This document shows positions 36,943 through 46,747 of a stretch of DNA of 64,000 nt, piece after piece. The notes under the pieces were generated by a model. That model saw nothing but the letters and a program-made list of their open reading frames with translations, was not told where the DNA came from and made no database searches. Position numbers and translations under genes: made by a program. Origin of the DNA: Candidatus Methanosuratincola verstraetei (lineage in GTDB: Archaea > Thermoproteota > Methanomethylicia > Methanomethylicales > Methanomethylicaceae); assembly GCA_049570475.1 (NCBI GenBank), contig CP186953.1, forward strand, positions 1,280,001-1,344,000, written 5' to 3'. The number at the start of each line of letters is the position of its first letter. Position 1 is the stretch's first letter.

Positions 36943-37383
36943 TTAGAACGGCTTCCTCCTCATAACTCTCAGCGTCTCGACCCAGAAGATTATGGCGGCA
37001 GTCAGTCCGAACACCAGCGCAATGACGGTTTGCGGATCTGGCCTCAATGGGTACACAACAAGGAACGTGATGAGCATTGTAGTGAAAAGGACCGAATAGA
37101 AGAAGAATCTCGGGAGCATCATCCCGAGCACGTTCACAAAATCCGAGACCACCTCGACGTCTACGTTCTTCTTGGGCGCATAAGTGCCATCCTCAGTCTT
37201 TTCGACCAGGCCAAGGCTCCTTAACTTCTCTATATGATAGGCAGCGACGCTTGGGCTGCTGAGCCCGAGCTCCCTCATTATGTCCCTCGGGCCTGCGCCA
37301 TCCTCACCGTGTTTAAGGAGAGCCCAATAGACCCGCAATGTAGTGCCCTTAAGTTCGGACCTGACCTTCTCCTTGTCGTCCAT
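36943..37383 (-). CDS. Membrane-anchored winged-helix protein
   Basis: LKGTTLRVY...RELGLSSPSVAAYHIEKL...GLVEK followed by two TM helices. Confidence 0.8.
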   Translation of the reverse strand: MDDKEKVRSELKGTTLRVYWALLKHGEDGAGPRDIMRELGLSSPSVAAYHIEKLRSLGLVEKTEDGTYAPKKNVDVEVVSDFVNVLGMMLPRFFFYSVLFTTMLITFLVVYPLRPDPQTVIALVFGLTAAIIFWVETLRVMRRKPF

Positions 37384-37549
37384 GCCTGAAAATAGGGAAA
37401 CCGATTTAATATGGGTTATGCAAACTGCTTTTTCGTTTGGCTTGCTTTATAAAAATATATGTTGAAGAGTAATGTAAAATCAAAGTTTTACAGTAAAAAT
37501 TTTTAAATAATGAGAAAAAGTATTAGAATATCATGCGTGGAAGGGACAA

Positions 37550-38068
37550 ATGAGTGGAAATGGTGTGCCTCGTAAAGCGAAGGTTAAAAAAGGCAATCCC
37601 AAAGAAATAAGCGAAACGAGCTCGTCCTCGCCGAAAACCTCTGCCGCATCAAGCTCAGCCCCTAAACTAAAGCGCCCGTCTCTGGAGATACGTTTGGCTG
37701 CAATGATCTGCCTGATAGCTGGGTGTGGCGGGATCGCCTCCTCGGCCGCTGTCGTCCTGATGTATATCAGCGGAAAAATCGGGGCAGTCCCTTTATTGAA
37801 TCGCATTGTTGAACAGTTTGCAGGCAAAGCTACCATATTCGGTATCGGGATAATCGGCATGAGCCTAGTCCTTGTAATCGCAGGGTACATGTTATTGAGG
37901 CGGTCCGTGGTCGGTGGGGCGCTTGCCATGTCTGCCTCGACCATCCTCATGGTGCTCCCTGCGCTTTCTCTGTGGGTCTCAGTCGCGATTGAGCCTTTCG
38001 TGGCAGGCATGGTTGCAGGAGCTGTGCTGATATGCCTAGTCGCTTCGGGCTGGGAAGTCCTTTCCTAG
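37550..38068 (+). CDS. Hypothetical membrane protein (about 4 TM, K/S-rich N-terminus)
   Basis: Hydrophobic segments after a low-complexity tail. Confidence 0.6.
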   Translation: MSGNGVPRKAKVKKGNPKEISETSSSSPKTSAASSSAPKLKRPSLEIRLAAMICLIAGCGGIASSAAVVLMYISGKIGAVPLLNRIVEQFAGKATIFGIGIIGMSLVLVIAGYMLLRRSVVGGALAMSASTILMVLPALSLWVSVAIEPFVAGMVAGAVLICLVASGWEVLS

Positions 38069-38132
38069 GCGATCAAAAATGCCTTGCCCGCGCAGTTCCA
38101 ATAGTGAAATAAGCAGCTTCATTTAGATCTGT

Positions 38133-39251
38133 TTGGATATGCCTAGGACAGGGACCGCTCAACTACCTCTGCACGGCGGCTGGGCCCCGCATTGGTTGGT
38201 AAGTAGGATGAAGTCCCTTGCGCGGGGCATTGTGCTGATTATGGTGGATGAGTTCGGAAAGGACGAGTTGCTAAGGAGGCTCTCCGATCCATTCTGGTTC
38301 CAGTCGCTTGGTTGCGTGCTAGGTTTTGACTGGCATTCTTCTGGTGTAACAACGGTCACCACGTCGGTTCTCAAGTCTGCCATTGTCCCTGAAGAGACTG
38401 GCATAGCGATTTGCGGAGGTAAAGGCAGGCACTCAAGGGAGACCTTGGATGAGATAAGCCTGCTTGGCGACAAATTTGGGCTCTCCACCGCCAAGATCGA
38501 AAGCCTAAAGCACGCAAGCAGGATGGGTGCAAAGGTCGACACTGCTGCCATACAGGCTGGATATGCGCTTTACCATCATTGCTTCGTCTTCACGGAGGAT
38601 GGAAAATGGATCATCGTCCAGCAGGGTCTAAACGCAGAAAAGAAAATGGCGAGGCGTTTCCATTGGGCATCTGAATCCATGGACAGTTTTGTTGTCGAGC
38701 CCCATAAGGCAATAGTCGGGATTGATGAGGGAACGGTTCTTAACATGGTTGCCAGGGAATCGGAGGGTTGCAGGGCTGCATCGGTGGATCTTGCGAGAGA
38801 GCCGCCTGGGAAGCTGAGGAACAGCATCGTTACGTTGAGGGACCCATTGCAGAAGACGCTCGGGGAGTGGACTGGGGAGCGGATGCTGATTATGCCCTGG
38901 AACATAAACTGGAAGGCAATGGAGCGTGCCTACAACTCCCAGCCAAAGAACTATGAGGAGCTGCTCGGCCTCGAGGGGATCGGCCCATCCACGGTAAAGG
39001 GACTGGCCCTGGTATCTGAGCTGATATACGGCGAGGCACCCAGCTGGAAGGACCCTGTGAAGTACTCCTTTGCATTTGGGGGCAAGGATGGGGTCCCATT
39101 CCCCGTCAGGCGCAAGGAGATGGATGAGGCAATCGAGATCCTCCGGCTTGCAGTCGAGTCTGCAAAGCTGGGTGAGAGGGAGCGGCAGGGCGCACTCAGG
39201 CGGCTCTCAGAACTTGAGAGAAGTGGCTTGCGCCCAGGTTCAGCCCCTTAA
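38133..39251 (+). CDS. DUF763 family protein
   Basis: LPLHGG, RLSDPFWFQ, DWHSSGVTT, FAFGGKDGVPFPV. Confidence 0.9.
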   Translation: MDMPRTGTAQLPLHGGWAPHWLVSRMKSLARGIVLIMVDEFGKDELLRRLSDPFWFQSLGCVLGFDWHSSGVTTVTTSVLKSAIVPEETGIAICGGKGRHSRETLDEISLLGDKFGLSTAKIESLKHASRMGAKVDTAAIQAGYALYHHCFVFTEDGKWIIVQQGLNAEKKMARRFHWASESMDSFVVEPHKAIVGIDEGTVLNMVARESEGCRAASVDLAREPPGKLRNSIVTLRDPLQKTLGEWTGERMLIMPWNINWKAMERAYNSQPKNYEELLGLEGIGPSTVKGLALVSELIYGEAPSWKDPVKYSFAFGGKDGVPFPVRRKEMDEAIEILRLAVESAKLGERERQGALRRLSELERSGLRPGSAP

Positions 39252-39506
39252 TTCATTGGCGCGATGATTGAAAGGGCTTTAGCCGATTATTGACAATGCT
39301 TAAATATCACTTTCGCAACTTTTTACCACGTCTGGAGGAGGAAAGGGTGCTTAACTTCCGGAGGGCTTGCGTTTATTGAGTCTCTGCTAGCGCACCCTGT
39401 AGCTGCCAGGCATTCTTTGGATTCGGAGGTATTGAGCACATGAAAGTGGGAAGAAGGGATAGTCTTTACATTCTCTAATGGTTTTTTCCAGCCAGAGATT
39501 GAGAGG

Positions 39507-40757
39507 ATGGGAAGAGAAGAGATAGAGAAACTGCAAAAAAAGAAACTGAAGGCAGCTGTGAAAAGGGCCGAAAGGATACCTTTCCTAAGGGAGCGGATGA
39601 GGGGAAAGCGCATAGGCGAGATCTCTGACCTCAGCGATGTTGCAAAGCTGCCGTTTACAACAAAGAAGGACCTTGTGGATGCCTTCCCCTATGGAGCCCT
39701 TGCGGTGCCGCTAGAACGGGTCGTCAGGATACACACTTCTTCAGGCAGCACCAACAAGCCAGTGACGACTTTCTACACGAAGAAGGATCTGGAAACATGG
39801 TCAGAGTTGATGGCAAGGGGCCTTGCATGTGCCGGCGCCCGGCGCGGCGACGTATTCCAGAACACAACCTCCCAAGGCTTCTTCACCGGGGGGCTAGGGC
39901 TGATCCAAGGGGCTGAGAAGCTGGGGCTGACTGTGGTCCCGCTCGGATCTGCAAACCCAGAGAAGCAGCTTGAGGTCATGGCTGACTTCGGGGTCACCGT
40001 ATTCCATGCAATACCTTCATTCGCCCTGAGGATGATCGAGATGCTCGAGGCGTCCAACGGCCTCAGGGATTCCCTGAAGATACGCATCGGCATCCTTGGT
40101 GCAGAGCCCTGGACGAAAGAGATGCGGAATAAGATCGAGGGGTCCCTCAACATAGGTGCCTTCAACAACTACGGACTTGCCGAGGTCGGGGGACCAGGGG
40201 TCGCTATCGAGTGCCCGTTCAAATCAGGTCTCCACGTCTGGGAGGACCGGTTCCTCATCGAAGTGATTGACCCGAGCACAGGTGAGCCCCTTGAGAAAGA
40301 GGAGGAGGGCGAGCTCGTGATCACCCCTCTGGACAGGGAAGCCATGCCAATCCTCCGTTACAGGACTGGGGATCTAACCCGCATAATAGACGGGATCTGC
40401 GAATGCGGGAGGACACACCGGAGGATAGAGTGGATGCGGGGCAGGATAGACGACATGGTGAAGATCAGGGGCATAGGCATTTACCCGTCCACAATCGAAA
40501 AGATAATCGCCTCCCACCCCGAGTCAAACGGGAACTTCCAGATCTTGCTCAGCGGTGTCGACGACATAACCGTAAAGCTGGAGGTTAAGAACGGTATCAT
40601 TTCGGACCAGGCAGCCGTAAACAGGTTGAGGTCTTTGATCTTCGAGGAGATTAAGGATGCAACTCTGCTGCGCTCGAATGTAGAGATCTGCCCGCCCGGA
40701 TCCATACCCAGGAGCGAAGGGAAGGCGAAACGGGTAATTGACATGAGGAGGCTCTGA
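39507..40757 (+). CDS. Phenylacetate-CoA ligase (PaaK)/F390 synthetase family adenylating enzyme
   Basis: LPFTTKKDL, HTSSGST, FTGGLG, YGLAE, RYRTGD, GRIDDM, GKAKRVID. Confidence 0.88.
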   Translation: MGREEIEKLQKKKLKAAVKRAERIPFLRERMRGKRIGEISDLSDVAKLPFTTKKDLVDAFPYGALAVPLERVVRIHTSSGSTNKPVTTFYTKKDLETWSELMARGLACAGARRGDVFQNTTSQGFFTGGLGLIQGAEKLGLTVVPLGSANPEKQLEVMADFGVTVFHAIPSFALRMIEMLEASNGLRDSLKIRIGILGAEPWTKEMRNKIEGSLNIGAFNNYGLAEVGGPGVAIECPFKSGLHVWEDRFLIEVIDPSTGEPLEKEEEGELVITPLDREAMPILRYRTGDLTRIIDGICECGRTHRRIEWMRGRIDDMVKIRGIGIYPSTIEKIIASHPESNGNFQILLSGVDDITVKLEVKNGIISDQAAVNRLRSLIFEEIKDATLLRSNVEICPPGSIPRSEGKAKRVIDMRRL

Positions 40758-40758
40758 A

Positions 40759-40914
40759 ATGATCGAGATGTTGGGATTGGTATCCCAGTACTCCAACCTG
40801 AGCCCGATAGGGATCGACTGGTGGATTATTCTTGGCGGGTGGGTCCCTGGCTTCTTGGGGCTTGCGCTGGCGTTCGTGATATGGGCAAGATCAAGGAGGG
40901 ATGCCGATGAGTGA
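40759..40914 (+). CDS. 51-aa single-TM protein, likely symporter accessory subunit
   Basis: MIEMLGLVSQYSNLSPIGIDWWIILGGWVPGFLGLALAFVIWARSRRDADE; fills the gap exactly and overlaps the symporter start. Confidence 0.7.
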   Translation: MIEMLGLVSQYSNLSPIGIDWWIILGGWVPGFLGLALAFVIWARSRRDADE

Positions 40915-42352
40915 CCTCATGGACAGCGCTTTGTACATTGTAGTCATTGCGTTCTACATGGTTGCATTGGCGGCAGTAGGCTGGCTTGGCAAGAAAAAGG
41001 TTAGCAGCATAAGCGACTGGTACGTGGGCGGGTTCAAGATAGGCGGGGTCGTAATGGGCGTCGCCTTCTTTGCCACTTACTTCAGCGCCGTCCTGATGAT
41101 AGGGTTCGCAGGCTCAGCTAGCAAGTGGGGTATGAGCGCGACTGTGATCGGCATGTGGCACGCCGTCTCGGCTGTGATCGCTTTTGCAGTCCTCGCGCCG
41201 AGGCTTTCCAAGGCATTCAGGGAGCTCAATGCAATGACATTCTCGGAGTTCCTGTCGCTCAGGTACGGCAGCAAGACTCTCCGCTATGCCTCAGCCCTGA
41301 TCATAGCGATCTTCATAATCCCTTACACAGTGTCTGCTTTCATCGCAATGGGATCTGCCATCTCGACAATTGTTGGCACCCCCTTCTGGATGGGCGTCCT
41401 CGTAGCTGGCGCTATCATAGCCGTCTATGTTTTCAGTGGCGGTCTCTTTTCAGCCACACTCGCCGAGTTCATCCAGGGCATTGTGATGACCATAGCTGTA
41501 GTGGCTGTGTGGGTCTTCTCATACTCGCTGCTCGGAGGCTTCGTGCAGGCACATGAAACCATGGCAGCGATTGACATTCGAAGCGTCACTTTCCCTGCCT
41601 TCGGCACAAACACTTGGAGCGTGATAATCGGCCTCACTGCTGTCATGGGTTTTGGGATGCTCGCCCAGCCGCAGATGGTGCTGAGGTACGCCACAATCTC
41701 CAGCCGGATGAACATAAAGCGCGCCCTCCTGATAGCCACATTCGGGTCGCTGCTATTCCCCCTTGCTGCCTACTCCTACGGCGCCCTCTCTAGGCCCATC
41801 CTTGCCAAATTCGGGATTGATGTCATGACCTTGAAGGACGACCTTATAGTGCCCCTCTTTGTTAAGACTGCATTCCCTCCTTGGCTGTCCGTGCTTTTCC
41901 TTGCGGGGATAATGTGCGCGGCGACCTCCACGATCGATGCACTGATCCACATGACAGCCGGGACGCTCACTAGGGACCTTGTGAGGCCTGCCTCAAAGAT
42001 GATGTCTGACAAGACTCAGCTGAGGATGACAAAGTTAATTTCGCTGATCCTCAGCTTGGGCTGCTGCATCATCGCGATCTACCCGCCTGGTCTGATTTAC
42101 CAGCTGACTGCGTACACCTGGCAGGTTCTCTCGAGCTCTTTCATGGGACCCCTAGTCATGGCGCTATTCTACAGAAGGGCGAACAAATACGGGGCCTTGG
42201 CTGGCATGGTTGCCGGCTTCGCCTCGGCGCAGCTATGGTACTTATTCCTTGCCCCTCCTGCGACCCCAATCTACCCGTTCTTCCCAGGCGTAGCCGCATC
42301 TTTGATTGTTACCTACCTGGTCAGCAGGTTCACAGGACCAAAACAAGCCTAA
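40907..42352 (+). CDS. Sodium:solute symporter (SSS; PanF/PutP/ActP family)
   Basis: ATYFSA, QGIVM, AQPQMVLRY, AATSTID, RRANKYGA; about 13 TM. Confidence 0.9.
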   Translation: MSDLMDSALYIVVIAFYMVALAAVGWLGKKKVSSISDWYVGGFKIGGVVMGVAFFATYFSAVLMIGFAGSASKWGMSATVIGMWHAVSAVIAFAVLAPRLSKAFRELNAMTFSEFLSLRYGSKTLRYASALIIAIFIIPYTVSAFIAMGSAISTIVGTPFWMGVLVAGAIIAVYVFSGGLFSATLAEFIQGIVMTIAVVAVWVFSYSLLGGFVQAHETMAAIDIRSVTFPAFGTNTWSVIIGLTAVMGFGMLAQPQMVLRYATISSRMNIKRALLIATFGSLLFPLAAYSYGALSRPILAKFGIDVMTLKDDLIVPLFVKTAFPPWLSVLFLAGIMCAATSTIDALIHMTAGTLTRDLVRPASKMMSDKTQLRMTKLISLILSLGCCIIAIYPPGLIYQLTAYTWQVLSSSFMGPLVMALFYRRANKYGALAGMVAGFASAQLWYLFLAPPATPIYPFFPGVAASLIVTYLVSRFTGPKQA

Positions 42353-42430
42353 ATATTATATTTTTTTATTATAAAAAATAAACATATACAATATTAATTT
42401 AAAAAATAAATAAAATATAAAATTAAAGGA
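42353..42430. terminator. Extremely AT-rich spacer between convergent genes (bidirectional terminator)
   Basis: Only a few G/C in 78 bp; T-runs on both strands. Confidence 0.5.
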
Positions 42431-42958
42431 CTATTCTGAGCCAGTTTGCCTGAACGTAGGCGGAGGAAGCACCCTGAACTTGACGCTTGTCTTCGTCCCC
42501 TTCATCAGGTCCTCGACATCCGATGCGAACGCAATGAGGTCAATGTTAATCAGCACGAACCTACCGTCCTTAGAGCGCCTCAGCCTGATCTCTCCCTCCT
42601 TGACAGGGCTCCTCTGGGCAGGCGCCCCCTGATCTGCTTTCATACCGGTTCCCGACCTTGCCCTTTCGGGATCGAACCTTGACTCGTACTCGATGTATCC
42701 CATATTCCCTGCCTGTTGCCTTTCCTGCGCCTTGGGCTGGGCCGCGATGCCCTTTGTAGGAGGCGCATCTTGCTGCACCTTGATCTCCACGCCCAGCTCC
42801 TTTGCCTTGGCACCAAGCTCGCCCAAGATCTCCTCGGGGACCTCCCACACCTTCTCTTCCCTGTTCCATGTGCTGCCTGTGCCTGAGCTCTTGATCCACT
42901 GGACAAGCTCTGGCTTGTATCTGAATGAAACCTTGACCATGTTTGGCAACTCCAACAA
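42431..42958 (-). CDS. Hypothetical protein with HARP-like N-terminal domain
   Basis: FRYKPELVQWIKS...WNREEKVWEVP. Confidence 0.6.
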   Translation of the reverse strand: MLELPNMVKVSFRYKPELVQWIKSSGTGSTWNREEKVWEVPEEILGELGAKAKELGVEIKVQQDAPPTKGIAAQPKAQERQQAGNMGYIEYESRFDPERARSGTGMKADQGAPAQRSPVKEGEIRLRRSKDGRFVLINIDLIAFASDVEDLMKGTKTSVKFRVLPPPTFRQTGSE

Positions 42959-43031
42959 GATCTCTTTTCTAATGAACTATATATTACATGCCTTTCCATA
43001 ATATACGCAGAGCCGTTCAATTGAAGGAAGG

Positions 43032-43769
43032 GTGTTGGATCTGATTAACATCTACATTGTCGGTCCAGCAGGATCAGGCAAGAGCACCTTGGTGCAGTCC
43101 CTAGGCGGCTGGATGGAGTCCAAAGGGTATCGTGTTTCAAGGGTCAACTTGGACCCAGGTGCGGAGCTGATATGTTATCCGGTCGACTTTGACATCAGGG
43201 AATATGTCACTGTAACTGAGCTGATGAGAAGGGAGCAGCTCGGTCCGAATGGCGCACTCATCAGGGCTGCAGAGATGGTCGAGGCTAGGCTGGAGGAGAT
43301 ATCCAAAGCAATAGGATCTCGCGGCGGCGACTTCAGGATATTAGACACGCCCGGGCAGATGGAGATCTTCCTCTTCAGGAGTTTTGGCCCCTCCTTGGTC
43401 TCGAGGATATCCGGAAGATCCGCCTGCATTTTCACAATAGACCCCTCCTTGGCATCAACTTGGCTTGACGTGCCCGTGATAAAGCTGCTAGCACTCGTGA
43501 TTGAACTCAGGCTGGGGATTCCCGCGCTCGAGGCAATGACGAAATCGGACATGCACCGATCCGTGCCCTCATGGCTTGCCCTCGAAGGCGTCCCTTCGGC
43601 GCAGGTTGGTGGGCTTTCAGGTGAGCTGGCTTCGAGCTTAGCTTCCGTCGTGGGTGAGCTCGAGAAGAAAAGGAGGATCATCCCGGTGTCTTCGAAGACC
43701 GGGAAGGGTATTGAAGACCTGTACAAGGCGATCGGCGAGCTCTTCTGCTCATGCGGAGACCTCACCTAG
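43032..43769 (+). CDS. GPN-loop GTPase
   Basis: GPAGSGKS, VNLDPG, LGPNGA, DTPGQME, TKSD. Confidence 0.92.
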   Translation: MLDLINIYIVGPAGSGKSTLVQSLGGWMESKGYRVSRVNLDPGAELICYPVDFDIREYVTVTELMRREQLGPNGALIRAAEMVEARLEEISKAIGSRGGDFRILDTPGQMEIFLFRSFGPSLVSRISGRSACIFTIDPSLASTWLDVPVIKLLALVIELRLGIPALEAMTKSDMHRSVPSWLALEGVPSAQVGGLSGELASSLASVVGELEKKRRIIPVSSKTGKGIEDLYKAIGELFCSCGDLT

Positions 43770-43772
43770 GAT

Positions 43773-45671
43773 CTAAAAGCTTGTAGGGACCTCCATCTTC
43801 CTCCCTGCAAATGCCCTGAATATGTCCGTCCCGCTCAGGACCCCTACCAGCTGCCCATTCCCGTTTTTGACAGGCAGCCTCCAGACGCCCCACTGCCGCA
43901 TTATCGCCGCTGCCTTTGCAATGTCCTCCTCGGCATCTACCGTGACCAGCGGTGTGGACATTATGCTGCTGAGCGACACGTCCTTGCCAAGACTGCCTAT
44001 CGAGATTACCTTGTAGAGTATGTCGCGGAGGGTTACGATTCCGATCGGAACCTCACCATCGGTCACGATAAGGCTTCCAACGTTGGCATCTTTCATGTAC
44101 TTTGCTGCCTCGTAGGCCGAAGTTCTCCTGTCGATGCTCTTCACGGACTTCTCCATCAGATCTTTGACCTTGACCTTTGCAAGCATCCTATTCAACGCCT
44201 TGCCGCTGGCGGTCCTTGGTATCGCCTCGACGAATTCAAAGATCCTCGGGACCTTGAAAGCCGCCAAATTCCTCCTGCAGTGCTCCTCGATCTCCTCGAC
44301 GGTTGCATTCTCACCATCCTTGAGTACCACGAAAGCCTTAACGTTCTCGCCCCTCACCGGATCTGGTATCCCGACGACAGCCACCTCCTTTACCTTCGGG
44401 TACTGGTGTATTACCTCCTCTACCTCCCTCGGGAAGACCTTGAAGCCGCTGGCGATTATCATCTCCTTCTTCCTGCCCACGATGGTTAGATAACCATCCT
44501 CGTCCAATTTGCCGAGATCCCCCGTGTGGAACCATCCGCCGGAGAAAGCCTCCTCTGTCTCCACCGGGCGGTTCCAGTATCCCTTCATCACATTGGGACC
44601 CCTTACCGCAATCTCCCCGACCTCGCCAGGCGGTAGTGCCCTCCCGTCGTCGTCTAATATCGCAATCTCCACCCCGGGAATCGGCGGTCCGACCGACCCG
44701 GGCTTCCTGAGCCCCCTGTAAGGGTTTGATGTTATTACAGGGGCAGTCTCGGTCATGCCATATCGCTCGAGTATCTCAACTCCAAACTTCTCCTTGAACT
44801 TGTTGAAAGCCTCAACTGGCATCGGTGCAGATCCTACCGTCCACAACCTGACCGAAGAAACGTCATGGGATGTGCTCTTCTCCTCGAGGAGCTTGATGTA
44901 CATGGTCGGGACTCCCATGAAGACCGTGCACCTCTCCCGCCTGATGTCTTCAAGCACCTTCGCCGCGTCAAACCTCTCGTGGAGGAGGACGGTGTAGCCG
45001 CAGTAAGCCATTCCGTGAATGACTATCCCTAACCCGTGGATGTGAAACATCGGGAGGGCCATGAGCACCTTGTCGCCTTCATTGAGCTCCCAGATCGAAG
45101 CAAGCGTGCCTATGTTTGAGAGGAAATTCCTGTGCGTGAGCATTGCCCCTTTGGAGAGGCCAGTGGTTCCGGACGTGTAGCATATCACCGCGAGGTCTTC
45201 CTCGGCATTCATGCTGGGTATCGGGGTATCGTCGAAACCCTCCAAGATCTTGTAAAAAGGCCTGATGCCTTCAGGGGCTCTCTCGGATGTAACGATGATC
45301 GCTTTCACTGTCTTCAGATCTTTCATTACCTCCTGAACGAACTGCAGGTTCGCCTCCGAGGTCACGACTGCTGCTGCCCCTGAGTCATTTATCATATGCC
45401 TGAGCTCATGCTTCCTGTACATCACATTAAGGGGGACTGTAACGCCTCCGCACTTCAGTATCCCAAAGTGGGCAATTGCGAACTCAGGGGAATTCTGCAT
45501 GAATATGCAGACCCTTTCCCCCTTGCCGACCCCTAATGCTGAAAGCGCCTTGGCAAACCTGGTGGAGAGCGAGTCAAGCTCCCCAAAGGTATAATCCCTA
45601 TCCTTCCATTTCAGCGCTACCTTGGAGTTGAGCCTATTCGCGGTCTTTGAGAATATCGAGTCTATGCTCAC
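43773..45671 (-). CDS. Acyl-CoA synthetase (MatB-like) fused to a C-terminal CBS pair
   Basis: YTSGTTG.SKG, ERYGMTE, FHTGDLG, PRTASGK, then VKDLM...VGSLIV...SIMSTPLVTV...RLPV. Confidence 0.88.
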   Translation of the reverse strand: MSIDSIFSKTANRLNSKVALKWKDRDYTFGELDSLSTRFAKALSALGVGKGERVCIFMQNSPEFAIAHFGILKCGGVTVPLNVMYRKHELRHMINDSGAAAVVTSEANLQFVQEVMKDLKTVKAIIVTSERAPEGIRPFYKILEGFDDTPIPSMNAEEDLAVICYTSGTTGLSKGAMLTHRNFLSNIGTLASIWELNEGDKVLMALPMFHIHGLGIVIHGMAYCGYTVLLHERFDAAKVLEDIRRERCTVFMGVPTMYIKLLEEKSTSHDVSSVRLWTVGSAPMPVEAFNKFKEKFGVEILERYGMTETAPVITSNPYRGLRKPGSVGPPIPGVEIAILDDDGRALPPGEVGEIAVRGPNVMKGYWNRPVETEEAFSGGWFHTGDLGKLDEDGYLTIVGRKKEMIIASGFKVFPREVEEVIHQYPKVKEVAVVGIPDPVRGENVKAFVVLKDGENATVEEIEEHCRRNLAAFKVPRIFEFVEAIPRTASGKALNRMLAKVKVKDLMEKSVKSIDRRTSAYEAAKYMKDANVGSLIVTDGEVPIGIVTLRDILYKVISIGSLGKDVSLSSIMSTPLVTVDAEEDIAKAAAIMRQWGVWRLPVKNGNGQLVGVLSGTDIFRAFAGRKMEVPTSF

Positions 45672-45821
45672 CCGATGCCACCTACATAACCAACTTTTGC
45701 CATTTTTATAAGGTTTGATGATTATAATTATTTATAATAATGGAGCCAACCCTAGACCCTGGTCCATATTGAACAAAAATTATAATTATAGTTCTACATA
45801 ATATTCCACAGAGGAATTCTT

Positions 45822-46742
45822 ATGTCTCTCTCAGCGCCGCAAAAGGAGATAGTGGTTGCGCTTCTCGAGCTTTATGACAAGAAGCGGTCCCTTGTGAAGA
45901 GCAAGGAGATTGCAGCACGAACAGGAAGGGACGAGGGCACGGTCAGGAACATCATGCCAGTCCTTAGGGCCATCGGGCTGGTTGAGGCGATTCCTGGGCC
46001 TAAAGGGGGGTACCTCCCAACTAGCAAGGCATACGAGAGCTTCAACGTCCCTAAGGGGCCTAGATCGCTTTCTGTTCCGATCTACACAAAGCAAGGGGAG
46101 AGGACTGAAGTCACGGTTACTGACATCCTGTTCAAGAGCGTCTTCAGCCCAGACTTCTGCCAGGCAATACTGAAGGTCATCGGAAATCTCTCAAGGTTCA
46201 ATATAGGGGAGGAGATCGTGATCGGCCCGACCCCTTCAGGAAGGATGGTGATTGAGGGGAAGATCGCAGGCAGGGACGACCTCCATGGGGAGATCCTATT
46301 GGATGTGATAACCCTGATCAGCATACCCCGCGTCACCGTCGGCGAGGTGATGTCGAAGAGGATAGTCTCAGTCCCCGCGGACGCCCCCCTGAGGACAGCT
46401 GCTGAGACGCTCTACAAAGAGATGATAAGGGCGGCCCCGATCGTTGAGGATGGCAAACTGGTGGGGATGATCACAAGTTCCGACATCTCGAGGTGCGTAA
46501 CCGAGGGCAAAATGCACCTGACAGTCCGAGAGGCTGCCACCAGGAAACCAGTGCTAATAGGCATTGATGAGGACATACTCCAGGCAATGGAGAAGATGCA
46601 GCGGTCCAGCATCGGCAGGCTCGTCGTTGTCGATCCAGAGAGTAGGCCAGTCGGAATAATCACTAGGACCGACATCCTGCTCAGGATACTGAAGCCCTTC
46701 GAGATGATAGAGTCAAGGAAACCCGAAAACCGGGTCGTCTAG
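45822..46742 (+). CDS. wHTH plus CBS-domain transcriptional regulator (COG2524-like)
   Basis: KSKEIA, GTVRN, GPKGGYLPT, IGPTP, C-terminal CBS pair. Confidence 0.85.
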   Translation: MSLSAPQKEIVVALLELYDKKRSLVKSKEIAARTGRDEGTVRNIMPVLRAIGLVEAIPGPKGGYLPTSKAYESFNVPKGPRSLSVPIYTKQGERTEVTVTDILFKSVFSPDFCQAILKVIGNLSRFNIGEEIVIGPTPSGRMVIEGKIAGRDDLHGEILLDVITLISIPRVTVGEVMSKRIVSVPADAPLRTAAETLYKEMIRAAPIVEDGKLVGMITSSDISRCVTEGKMHLTVREAATRKPVLIGIDEDILQAMEKMQRSSIGRLVVVDPESRPVGIITRTDILLRILKPFEMIESRKPENRVV

Positions 46743-46747
46743 CCTGC

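Noticed and set aside
42353-42430. Replication origin unwinding element
   Set aside because: No ORB repeats or cdc6/orc1 nearby; position between convergent genes fits a terminator.
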